From the NCBI GenBank assembly GCA_032718475.1, contig JAUCBJ010008031.1:1-50942 (forward strand): a stretch of DNA of 50,942 nt. Reading direction: 5' to 3'. Origin of the DNA: Nemertoderma westbladi. Its lineage: Eukaryota > Animalia > Xenacoelomorpha. A model generated the notes under the pieces. The model did no database searches and was not told the DNA's origin. It saw nothing but the letters and a program-made list of their open reading frames with translations. Positions within the stretch are counted from its first letter, which is position 1. Each line of letters opens with the position of its first letter. This document shows positions 22,282-34,358 of the stretch, in pieces. The position numbers and the translations under genes are program-made.

Positions 22282-25262
22282 TGATGAAGGCCGTCAGTCA
22301 TCGGTCAGCCACTGGAAACTGAAAGGTCTGCGAAAAGAGACTCTATGAAGGCCGTTAGTGATCGGTCAGCCAATGCAAACTGAAAGGTCTGCTAAAAGAG
22401 ACTCCATGAAGGCCGTCAGTCATCGGCCAGCCAATGAAAACTGAAAGGTCTGCTAAAAGAGACTTTAAGAAGGCTGTCAGTCATCGGTCAGCCACTGAAA
22501 ACTGAAACGTCTGCTAAACGAGACTTTAAGAAGGCCGTCAGTCATCGGTCAGCCAATGAAAACTGAAAGGTCTGCTAAACGAGACTTTAAGAAGGCCGTC
22601 AGTCATCAATCAGCCAATGAGAACTGAAAGGTTTGCTAAAAGACTCTATGAAGGCCGTCAATCATCGGTCTGCCAATGAAAACTGAAAGGTCTGTTAAAA
22701 GAGACTTTAAGAAGGCCGTCAGTCATCGGTCAGCCACTGAAAACTGAAAGGTCTGCTAAACGAGACTTTAAGAAGGCCGTCAGTCATCGATCAGCCAATA
22801 AAAACTGACAGGTCTGTTAAAAGAGACTTTAAGAAGGCCGTCAGTCATCGGTCAGCCACTGAAAACTGAAAGGTCTGCTAAACGAGACTTTAAGAAGGCC
22901 GTCAGTCATAGATCAGCCAATAAAAACTGAAAGGTCTGCTAAACGAGACTTTAAGAAGGCCGTCAGTCATCGATCAGCCAATAAAAACTGAAAGGTCTGT
23001 TAAAAGAGACTTTAAGAAGGCCGCCAGTCATCGGTCAGCCACTGAAAACTGAAAGGTCTGCTAAAAGAGACTCCATGAAGGCCGTCAGTCATCGATCAGC
23101 CAATAAAAACTGAAAGGTCTGCTAAACGAGACTTTAAGAAGGCCGTCAGTCATCGATCAGCCAATAAAAACTGAAAGGTCTGTTAAAAGAGACTTTAAGA
23201 AGGCCGTCAGTCATCGGTCAGCCACTGAAAACTGAAAGGTCTGCTAAACGAGACTTTAAGAAGGCCGTCAGTCATCGATCAGCCAATAAAAACTGAAAGG
23301 TCTGTTAAAAGAGACTTTAAGAAGGCCGCCAGTCATCGGTCAGCCACTGAAAACTGAAAGGTCTGCTAAACGAGACTTTAAGAAGGCCGTCAGTCATAGA
23401 TCAGCCAATAAAAACTGAAAGGTCTGCTAAACGAGACTTTAAGAAGGCCGTCAGTCATCGATCAGCCAATAAAAACTGAAAGGTCTGTTAAAATAGACTT
23501 TAAGAAGGCCGCCAGTCATCGGTCAGCCACTGAAAACTGAAAGGTCTGCTAAAAGAGACTCTATGAAGGCCGTTAGTCATAGATCAGCCAATGAGAACTG
23601 AAAGGTCTGCTAAAAGAGACTTTAAGAAGGCCGCCAGTCATCGGTCAGCCACTGAAAACTGAAAGGTCTGCTAAAAGAGACTCCATGAAGGCCGTCAGTC
23701 ATCGATCAGCCAATAAAAACTGAAAGGTCTGTTAAAAGAGACTTTAAGAAGGCCGCCAGTCATCGGTCAGCCACTGAAAACTGAAAGGTCTGCTAAAAGA
23801 GACTCCATGAAGGCCGTCAGTCATCGATCAGCCAATAAAAACTGAAAGGTCTGCTAAACGAGACTTTAAGAAGGCCGTCAGTCATCGATCAGCCAATAAA
23901 AACTGAAAGGTCTGTTAAAAGAGACTTTAAGAAGGCCGTCAGTCATCGGTCAGCCACTGAAAACTGAAAGGTCTGCTAAACGAGACTTTAAGAAGGCCGT
24001 CAGTCATCGATCAGCCAATAAAAACTGAAAGGTCTGTTAAAAGAGACTTTAAGAAGGCCGCCAGTCATCGGTCAGCCACTGAAAACTGAAAGGTCTGCTA
24101 AACGAGACTTTAAGAAGGCCGTCAGTCATAGATCAGCCAATAAAAACTGAAAGGTCTGCTAAACGAGACTTTAAGAAGGCCGTCAGTCATCGATCAGCCA
24201 ATAAAAACTGAAAGGTCTGTTAAAAGAGACTTTAAGAAGGCCGCCAGTCATCGGTCAGCCACTGAAAACTGAAAGGTCTGCTAAAAGAGACTCTATGAAG
24301 GCCGTTAGTCATAGATCAGCCAATGAGAACTGAAAGGTCTGCTAAAAGAGACTTTAAGAAGGCCGCCAGTCATCGGTCAGCCACTGAAAACTGAAAGGTC
24401 TGCTAAAAGAGACTCCATGAAGGCCGTCAGTCATCGATCAGCCAATAAAAACTGAAAGGTCTGTTAAAAGAGACTTTAAGAAGGCCGCCAGTCATCGGTA
24501 GCCACTGAAAACTGAAAGGTCTGCTAAAAGAGACTCTATGAAGGCCGTTAGTCATAGATCAGCCAATGAGAACTGAAAGGTCTGCTAAAAGAGACTCCAT
24601 GAAGGCCGTCAGTCATCGATCAGCCAATAAAAACTGAAAGGTCTGATAAACGAGACTTTAAGAAGGCTGTCAGTCATCGGTCAGCCACTGAAAACTGAAA
24701 GGTCTGCTAAACGAGACTTTAAGAAGGCTGTCAGTAATCGGTCAGCCAATGAAAAACTGAAAGGTCTGCTAAAAGAGACTCCATGAAGGCCGTGAGTCAT
24801 CGATCAGCCAATAAAAACTGAAAGGTCTGTTAAAAGAGACTTTAAGAAGGCCGTCAGTCATCGATCAGCCAATAAAAACTGAAAGGTCTGCTAAACGAGA
24901 CTTTAAGAAGGCCGTCAGTCATCGATCAGCCAATGAGAACTGAAAGGTCTACTAAAAGAGACTCTATAAATGCCGTCAGTCATTGGTTAGCCAATGAAAA
25001 CTGAAAGGTCTGCTAAAAGAGACTCCATGAAGGCCGTCAGTCATCGGCCAGCCAATGAAAACTGAAAGGTCTGCTAAAAGAGACTCCATGAAGGCCGTCA
25101 GTCATCGGTCAGCCAATGAAAACTGAAAGGTCTGCTAAAAGAAACTCCATGAAGGCCGTCAGTCATCGGTTAGCCAATGAAAACTGAAAGGTCTGCGAAA
25201 AGAGACTCTATAAATGCCGTCACTCATCGGTCAGACAATGAAAAACGGAAAGGTCTGCTGAA
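22282..25262. repeat. 61-bp satellite C (about 49 units) with a 732-bp (12-mer) higher-order duplication
   Basis: Unit GAAGGCCGTCAGTCATCGGTCAGCCAATGAAAACTGAAAGGTCTGCTAAAAGAGACTCCAT. Marker variants recur at 23041/23773 and 23561/24293 (offset 732 = 12 x 61). Confidence 0.97.
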
Positions 25263-25944
25263 CGAGATCAGTCTTGATAATGCTGATTAATAATTAGGGA
25301 TTATATTACTCATCGGGAACTGTGGAAGTGTTGTATAAGAGAGGTGTCCGTCAATTAATTTTAGTGGAGTTGGCCAGTGTATGTTTGTATGGCATTTGGT
25401 GTCTGTCTAGGTGTCTATTGGAAATAGTCATGTAGTCCAGAAGGTGCTGCAAATTACGCAGCACAATCAGACGGTCCGTCCATATTACCTGAGTTCAATA
25501 ATTTTACAATTTTAAAATATTATTTATTTAGAGGCGAGGTGACCAAAATAGTTAACGTTACCCTAGACGTTAAACTTAAATGATACGAAAAGAAACAATT
25601 GACAATAACGATACCATTCATATATTAATATTATAATATTTAATTAACAATCTTGAAGGATTTCTGTATTCTTGTAAATATCGGTGGTGTGTTCTTGTCA
25701 CTATCGTAGTGCATTCCTCCAATTTGATATTCAGTTTGTTTGGAAGTACTACCCAAAAGTTTACATAGAAAGTGATTTGACTTAACATTTGGCTCAGACA
25801 CGAATGTTAATTAGATCAACTACATCACGTAAAATTAATGCCGTTTTAACAAATTATTTGCAATTGTAATAAGGTATTGATTTTTATGATTACTTAATAA
25901 AACTTACCACATAAAACTAAACCAATATTACCACTCATTTCACT

Positions 25945-28900
25945 AACTCCACCCAACTTGCCATTAATAATCCCACCCAACTTGCCACTAATAATCCCAC
26001 CCAACTTGCCACTAATTATCGCACCCAACTTCCCACTAATAATCCCACCCAACTTGCCAGTAAGAATCGCACCCAAATTGGCAGTAATAATCCCACCCAA
26101 CTTGGCAGTAATAATCGCACCCAACTTGCCACTAATAATCTCACCCAACTTGCCACTAATAATCCCACCCAACTTGGCAGTTATAATCGCACCCAACTTA
26201 CCACTAATAATCTCACCCAACTTGCCACTAATAATCGCACCCAACTTGCCACTAATAATCCCAGCCAACTTGGCAGTTATAATCGCACCCAACTTGCCAC
26301 TAATAATCTCACCCAACTTGCCACTAATAATCGCACCCAACTTGCCACTAATAATCCCACACAACCTGCCTGTAATAATCCCACCCAACGTGCCATTAAT
26401 AATCTCACCCAACTTGGCAGTTATAATCGCACCCAACTTGCCACTAATAATCTCACCCAACTTGCCACTAATAATCCCATCCAACTTGCCACTAATAATC
26501 CCACCCAACTTGCCACTAATAATCTCACCCAACTTGCCACTAATTATCGCACCCAACTTGCCACTAATAATCCCATCCAACTTGCCAGTAATAATCCCAT
26601 CCAACTTGCCACTAATAATCTCACCCAACTTGCCACTAATAATCCCATCCAACTTGCCACTAATAATCTCACCCAACTTGCCACTAATAATCCCACCCAA
26701 CTTGGCAGTTATAATCGCACCCAACTTACCACTAATAATCTCACCCAACTTGCCACTAATAATCGCACCCAACTTGCCACTAATAATCCCAGCCAACTTG
26801 GCAGTTATAATCGCACCCAACTTGCCACTAATAATCTCACCCAACTTGCCACTAATAATCGCACCCAACTTGCCACTAATAATCCCACACAACCTGCCTG
26901 TAATAATCCCACCCAACGTGCCATTAATAATCTCACCCAACTTGGCAGTTATAATCGCACCCAACTTGCCACTAATAATCTCACCCAACTTGCCACTAAT
27001 AATCCCATCCAACTTGCCACTAATAATCCCACCCAACTTGCCACTAATAATCTCACCCAACTTGCCACTAATTATCGCACCCAACTTGCCACTAATAATC
27101 CCATCCAACTTGCCAGTAATAATCCCATCCAACTTGCCACTAATAATCTCACCCAACTTGCCACTAATAATCCCATCCAACTTGCCACTAATAATCTCAC
27201 CCAACTTGCCACTAAGAATCTCACCCAACTTGCCACTAATAATCCCACCCAACTTGGCAGTTATAATCCCACCCAACTTGGCAGTAATAATCGCACCCAA
27301 CTTGCCACTAATAATCTCACCCAACTTGCCACTAATAATCCCACCCAACTTGGCAGTTATAATCGCACCCAATTTACCACTAATAATCTCACCTAACTTG
27401 CCAGTAATAATCGCACCCAACTTGCCACTAATAATCCCACCCAACTTGGCAGTTATAATCGCACCCAACTTGCCACTAATAATCCCACCCAACTTGGCAG
27501 TTATAATCGCACCCAACTTACCACTAATAATCTCATCCAACTTGCCACTAATAATCCCATCCAACTTGCCAATAATAATCCCATCCAACTGGCCACTAAT
27601 AATCCCACCCAACTTGGCAGTTATAATCGCACCCAACTTGCCACTAATAATCTCACCCAACTTGCCACTAATAATCGCACCCAACTTGCCACTAATAATC
27701 GCACCCAACTTGCCACTAATAATCCCACCCAACTTGGCAGTTATAATCGCACCCAACTTGCCACTAATAATCCCATCCAACTTGCCACTAATAATCTCAC
27801 CCAACTTGCCACTAATAATCTCACCCAACTTGCAACTAATAATCCCATCCAACTTGCCACTAATAATCTCACCCAACTTGCAACTAATAATCCCATCCAA
27901 CTTGCCACTAATAATCCCACCCAACTTGGCAGTTATAATCGCACCCAACTTGCCACTAATAATCTCACCCAACTTGCCACTAATAATCTCACCCAACTTG
28001 CAACTAATAATCCCATCCAACTTGCCACTAATAATCGCACCCAACTTGCCACTAATAATCCCACCCAACCTGCCTGTAATAATCCTACCCAACGTGCCAT
28101 TAATATTCCCACCCAACCTGCCTGTAATAATCACATCCAACTTGACATAATAACCCCACCCAACCTGCCTGTAATAATCCCACCCAACTTGCCATTAATA
28201 ATCCCACCCAACTTGCCACTAATAATCCCACCCAACTTGCCACTAATAATCCCACCCAACTTCCCACTAATAATCCCACCCAACTTGCCAGTAAGAATCG
28301 CACCCAAATTGGCAGTAATAATCCCACCCAACTTGGCAGTAATAATCGCACCCAACTTGCCACTAATAATCTCACCCAACTTGCCACTAATAATCCCACC
28401 CAACTTGGCAGTTATAATCGCACCCAACTTACCACTAATAATCTCACCCAACTTGCCACTAATAATCGCACCCAACTTGCCACTAATAATCCCAGCCAAC
28501 TTGGCAGTTATAATCGCACCCAACTTGCCACTAATAATCTCAGCCAACTTGCCACTAATAATCGCACCCAACTTGCCACTAATATTCCCACACAACCTGC
28601 CTGTAATAATCCCACCCAACGTGCCATTAATAATCCCACCCAACTTGCCACTAATAATCGCACCCAACTTGCCACTAATAATCCCACACAACCTGCCTGT
28701 AATAATCCCACCCAACGTGCCATTAATAATCCCACCCAACTTGGCAGTTATAATCGCACCCAACTTGCCACTAATAATCTCACCCAACTTGCCACTAATA
28801 ATCCCATCCAACTTGCCACTAATAATCCCACCCAACTTGCCACTAATAATCTCACCCAACTTGCCACTAATTATCGCACCCAACTTGCCACTAATAATCC

Positions 28901-30700
28901 CATCCAACTTGCCAGTAATAATCCCATCCAACTTGCCACTAATAATCTCACCCAACTTGCCACTAATAATCCCATCCAACTTGCCACTAATAATCTCACC
29001 CAACTTGCCACTAATAATCCCACCCAACTTGGCAGTTAAAATCGCACCCAACTTACCACTAATAATCTCACCCAACTTGCCACTAATAATCGCACCCAAC
29101 TTGCCACTAATAATCCCACCCAACTTGGCAGTTATAATCGCACCCAACTTGCCACTAAGAATCTCACCCAACTTGCCACTAATAATCCCACCCAACTTGG
29201 CAGTTATAATCCCACCCAACTTGGCAGTAATAATCGCACCCAACTTGCCACTAATAATCTCACCCAACTTGCCACTAATAATCCCACCCAACTTGGCAGT
29301 TATAATCGCACCCAACTTACCACTAATAATCTCACCTAACTTGCCAGTAATAATCGCACCCAACTTGCCACTAATAATCCCACCCAACTTGGCAGTTATA
29401 ATCGCACCCAACTTGCCACTAATAATCCCACCCAACTTGGCAGTTATAATCGCACCCAACTTACCACTAATAATCTCATCCAACTTGCCACTAATAATCG
29501 CACCCAACTTGCCACTAATAATCCCACCCAACTTGCCACTAATAATCTCACCCAACTTGCCACTAATAATCGCACCGAACTTGGCAGTTATAATCCCACC
29601 CAACTTGCCACTAATAATCCCATCCGACTTGCCAATAATAATCCCACCCAACTTGCCACTAATAATCCCACCCAACTTGGCAGTTATAATCGCACCCAAC
29701 TTGCCACTAATAATCTCACCCAACTTGCCACTAATAATCGCACCCAACTTACCACTAATAATCGCACCCAACTTGCCACTAATAATCCCACCCAACTTGG
29801 CAGTTATAATCGCACCCAACTTGCCACTAATAATCCCATCCAACTTGCCACTAATAATCGCACCCAACTTGCCACTAATAATCTCACCCAACTTGCAACT
29901 AATAATCCCATCCAACTTGCCACTAATAATCGCACCCAACTTGCCACTAATAATCTCACCCAACTTGCCACTAATAATCGCACCCAACTTACCACTAATA
30001 ATCGCACCCAACTTGCCACTAATAATCCCATCCAACTTGCCACTAATAATCGCACCCAACTTGCCACTAATAATCTCACCCAACTTGCCACTAATAATCC
30101 CATCCAACTTGCCACTAATAATCTCACCCAACTTGCCACTAATAATCTCACCCAACTTGCCACTAATAATCTCACCCAACTTGCAACTAATAATCCCATC
30201 CAACTTGCCACTAATAATCGCACCCAACTTGCCACTAATAATCCAACCCAACCTGCCTGTAATAATCCCACCCAACGTGGCATTAATATTCCCACCCAAC
30301 CTGCATGTAATAATCCCACCCAACTTGCCATTAATAATCCCACCCAACCTGCCTGTAATAATTGCACCCAACTCGGACAGTAATAATCGCACCCAACTTG
30401 CCTGTAATAATCCCACCCAACGTGCCATTAATATTCCCACCCAACCTGCCTGTAATAATCACATCCAACTTGCCATAATAACCCCACCCAACCTGCCTGT
30501 AATAATCCCACCCAACTTGCCATTAATAATCCCACCCAACCTGCCTGTAATAATCCCACCCAACTTGCCATTAATAATCCCACCCAACCTGCCTGTAATA
30601 ATCCCACCCAACCTGCCTGTAATAATTGCACCCAACTCGACAGTAATAATCGCACCAATCTTGCCACTACTAACTAATCCCACCCAACTTGCCATTCATT
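25945..30700. repeat. 24-bp minisatellite D (CCCACCCAACTTGCCACTAATAAT, about 200 units) with 528-bp and ~2.2-kb internal duplications
   Basis: 24-nt period; the CCCACACAACCTGCC marker occurs at 26356 and 26884; the array start at 25958 is repeated at 28189. Confidence 0.98.
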
Positions 30701-30994
30701 TCACAAATTTACCAACAAACTTACCTCTAATTCCACGAAAAATAATTGGGGCTGATTGTATCGGCGGTTGATTTCTGTTTGACGCAAATCCTCCTCGGCG
30801 AATTAATTTATCGTCTCGGATTGAGAATATTAATTAGAAGTTAAGGGAAAGGAAAGGAACATGCACCGGGACGTTATACAAACCAAAACAATGAACGGTT
30901 ACAAGTTACTTTTTGAAATAAATCAACTAGTATATTCCGCTGGTGAAGGTTGAATTAACATCGCATCGAAAGCCCCCGCCCCCCACTATCTGAC

Positions 30995-33640
30995 CAATTA
31001 TCACTCCATCAATTAATTATAATTATTCTCAAATTACTATACCTCTCATTCCACCACCACCAAACGTACCACTCAATCCTCCAATTACAACTCCAAAATC
31101 CACCAACCAATTATATCATTCCATTAAACTTATAATTCATACCACCGATTACAGCTCCACTAAATTTACTTCTCATTTCATTAAATTATAATTCCACAGA
31201 AGTTATAATTCATTCGACTATCCACCAATTATAATTCAACAAAACCTACTAGAAATTCCACCACATATAACTCCACCAATTATCATTCATGTAAAGCATT
31301 CCACCAATTATTATAATTCTACCAAACTTACACGCATGTTTCACCAATTATAACTCCACTAAACTTACCACCCATTCCACCATTTATAACTCCACCTGAC
31401 TTACCACTCATTCCACCAATAATTATAACTCTTACAAAATTTACAACCCGTTCCACAAAATATAACTCCATTCAACTTACCATCAAGTCCACTAATTATC
31501 CACCAAACTTACCACACATTCAACTAATTATCCAAACTTAGCACTCATTCCACCAATAATTATGACCCCACCAAACTTACCACTTACTTCACCAAACGTA
31601 CCAACCACTCCACCAAACGTACCACTCATTCCACTAATTATAACACCATCAAACTTACCAACCACTCCAACAAACGTACCAACTACTCCACCAAAATTAC
31701 CACACTTTCAACCAATTATAACTCCATCAAACTTACCACTACTTCCACCAAACTTACCAACCACTCCACCAAACTTACCACTCATTCCACCAATTATAAC
31801 ACCACCAAACTTACCACTCATTCCACCAAATATAACTCCTCCAAACTTACGACTCACTTCACTATACGTACCAACCATTCCACCAAACGTACCAACTACT
31901 CCACCAAACTTACCACACATTCAACCAATTAAAACTCCACCAAACTTACCAACCACTCAACCAAACTTACCACTCATTCTACCAAACTTACCACACATTC
32001 CACTAATTATAACTCTATAAAATTTACAACACTTTAAACAAATTAAAACTCCACCAAAATTACCATTCATTCCAACAAACATACCAACAACCACTCCACC
32101 AAACTTACCACCTACTCTACCAAAATTACAAACCACTCAACCAAACTTACCAACCACTCCACCCAACTTACCACTCATTATTCCTTCCACACTTATAACT
32201 TTTATATAATTAATTTATATTTATATTAATTTATAACAATTATAACACTTACCAACCACTTCACCAAACTTACCACTTACTCCACCAAACTTACCAAACC
32301 ATCCACAAAAACTTATAAACCACTCCAACAAATTATCAATCACTCCACCAAACTTACCAACCTCTCCACCAAACTTACCAACCACTCCACGAAACCTACC
32401 ACTAATTCCACCACTTACAATTCTGAAAAAGTTACAACCGATTCCACCAAACTTACCACTCACTCCACCAAACTTATCACCCAGTCCACCAATTATTACT
32501 CCACCAAACTTACCACCCACTCCACCAAACTTACAACCTATTCCACCAAACTTACCAACCACTCCGCCAAACCTATCACACATTCTACCACTTATAACTC
32601 CACCAAAATTACCACCCATTCCACCAATTATAACTCTACTCAAATTTCTACCCATTCCACCAATTATAACTCCACCAAACTTACCACCCATTCCACCAAT
32701 TTTAATTACAAAATTTACAACCGATTCCGCAAATTATAATTCCAACAAACTTACCACCCACTCCGCCAAACCTATTACCCATTCCACCACTTATAACTCC
32801 ACCAAACTTACCACCCATTCCACCAATTTTAACTCTACTCAACTTTCCACCCACTCGACTAATTATAACTCCACCAAAAGTACCATCTAACTTACCAACC
32901 ACCCCACCAAACTTATTTACTCCACCAAAATTTATCTCCGATTCCACCAACAATTATAACTCCACCAAACTTACCACCCATTCCACCAATTTTAACTCTA
33001 CTCAACTTTCCACCCATTCGACTAATTATAACTCCACCAAACTTATCACCCACTCCACCAATTATAACTCCAACAAACTTACCACCCACTCCACCAAACT
33101 TACCACTCATTCCACAAATTATAACTCCACCAAACGCACAATCAAACTTATCAACCACACAACCAAACTTATTTACTCCACCAAAATTTATCACAGATTC
33201 CACCAATTATAACTCCACCAAACTTACCACCCATTCCACCAATTTTAACTCTACTCAACTTTCCACCCATTCCACTAATTATAACTCCACCAAACTTACC
33301 ACCCATTCCACCAATTATAACTCCAACAAACTTACCACCCACTCCACCAAACTTACCACTCATTCCACAAATTATAACTCCCCCAAACGTACTATCATAC
33401 TTACCAACTTTCCACTCAATCCACCAATTATATCATTCCATTACACTTATATTTTATTCCACCAATTAGAACTACGCAAATTCTACACCCCATTCCACAA
33501 ATTATAACTCCACCAAACTTACTACCCATTCCACCAGTTATAACTCTACTCTACTTACCATTTATTCCACCAATTATCAACGCATAATCGCTTACAATTA
33601 ATTTTATCAATTAGAACTCCGCCAAATTTACCCCCATTCC
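30995..33640. repeat. Degenerate, almost G-free repeat region built from CCACCAAACTTACCAC and CCACCAATTATAACT modules
   Basis: Recurrent 12-33-nt modules and extreme strand asymmetry. Confidence 0.92.
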
Positions 33641-34081
33641 CCCACTAGCCCAAAACAATAGGCGATATAGGTTACGTACTCACGCGTTTCATGAATAACT
33701 GTACATATTACTAGTCGTTATATTACTTGCCGAAATATAGTAGTAACAAAGCAACCGGAATTTTACAGCAAATGGAAATTTATAATTTATTACGTTGGTA
33801 CTAAAAGTAATATTTAGAATTTTCTAAACTATTATTTTTGAAATAATGTATTATTTGTATAGCCTTGAAATGAACAAAGAACAAAACAAATCATATTACC
33901 TTACTCTGTGAGATATATATTGTTATATTAGGGATTTTTATGCTCAAACTAATTTGTGTCAAATTTTCCCCGGCAGAGTCTGAGGGCTTACTTACTTTCA
34001 GTGCGGTCCTCCCAAAACTATACTATACTCCCCAGAGGAAATTGGTACTCATTTAATAAAGAAAAGTGTCGCTAAACTTGT

Positions 34082-34358
34082 AAAACACGAACCATCGGCG
34101 GCAACCCGAAGGCTGCTCTCTCTCTCGGTTGCTACCTTAAGGCAGGGAGGAGGGTGGGCGCCACACCTCCTCCCAAGGTCGAATATTCTCACTATTCAAC
34201 CGTTTTCTTTACTCCCAGCATATGCCGGGTTCCCATTACAGCGGGGTGGGCTAAAGCTAGTTCCTTAGAGTTAACTGGGCTGTTCCATTTGTAAGGATCG
34301 AACCGACGACCTTCTGGTTGGAAGACGGACGCTCTAATCACCTAGAGAACCTGGACGC
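34082..34358 (-). mobile_element. Second tRNA-derived SINE with a different central domain but a related 3' tail
   Basis: B box GGTTCGATCC (34295-34304); central CCCACCCCGCTGTAATGGGAACCCGGCATATGCTGGGAG; tail GGCGCCCACCCTCTCCCTGCCTTAAGGTAGCA...GCAGCCTTCGGGTTGC. Confidence 0.7.

Noticed and set aside
22282-25262. Hammerhead/retrozyme repeat in satellite C
   Set aside because: There is no CTGANGA core correctly placed relative to GAAA and the stems on either strand.
367-30700. CRISPR-like array interpretation of the 24-61-bp repeats
   Set aside because: Units are head-to-tail with no unique spacers, there are no cas genes, and the context is eukaryotic.
25894-33363. 730-860-aa ORFs (PNLPLIIP / GKLGGIIS repeats) and Gly-rich ORFs as structural proteins
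   Set aside because: They are open on both strands only because of the 24-bp unit. Unit variants are mostly non-synonymous in both frames, and a 23-bp unit near 28141 breaks the frame.
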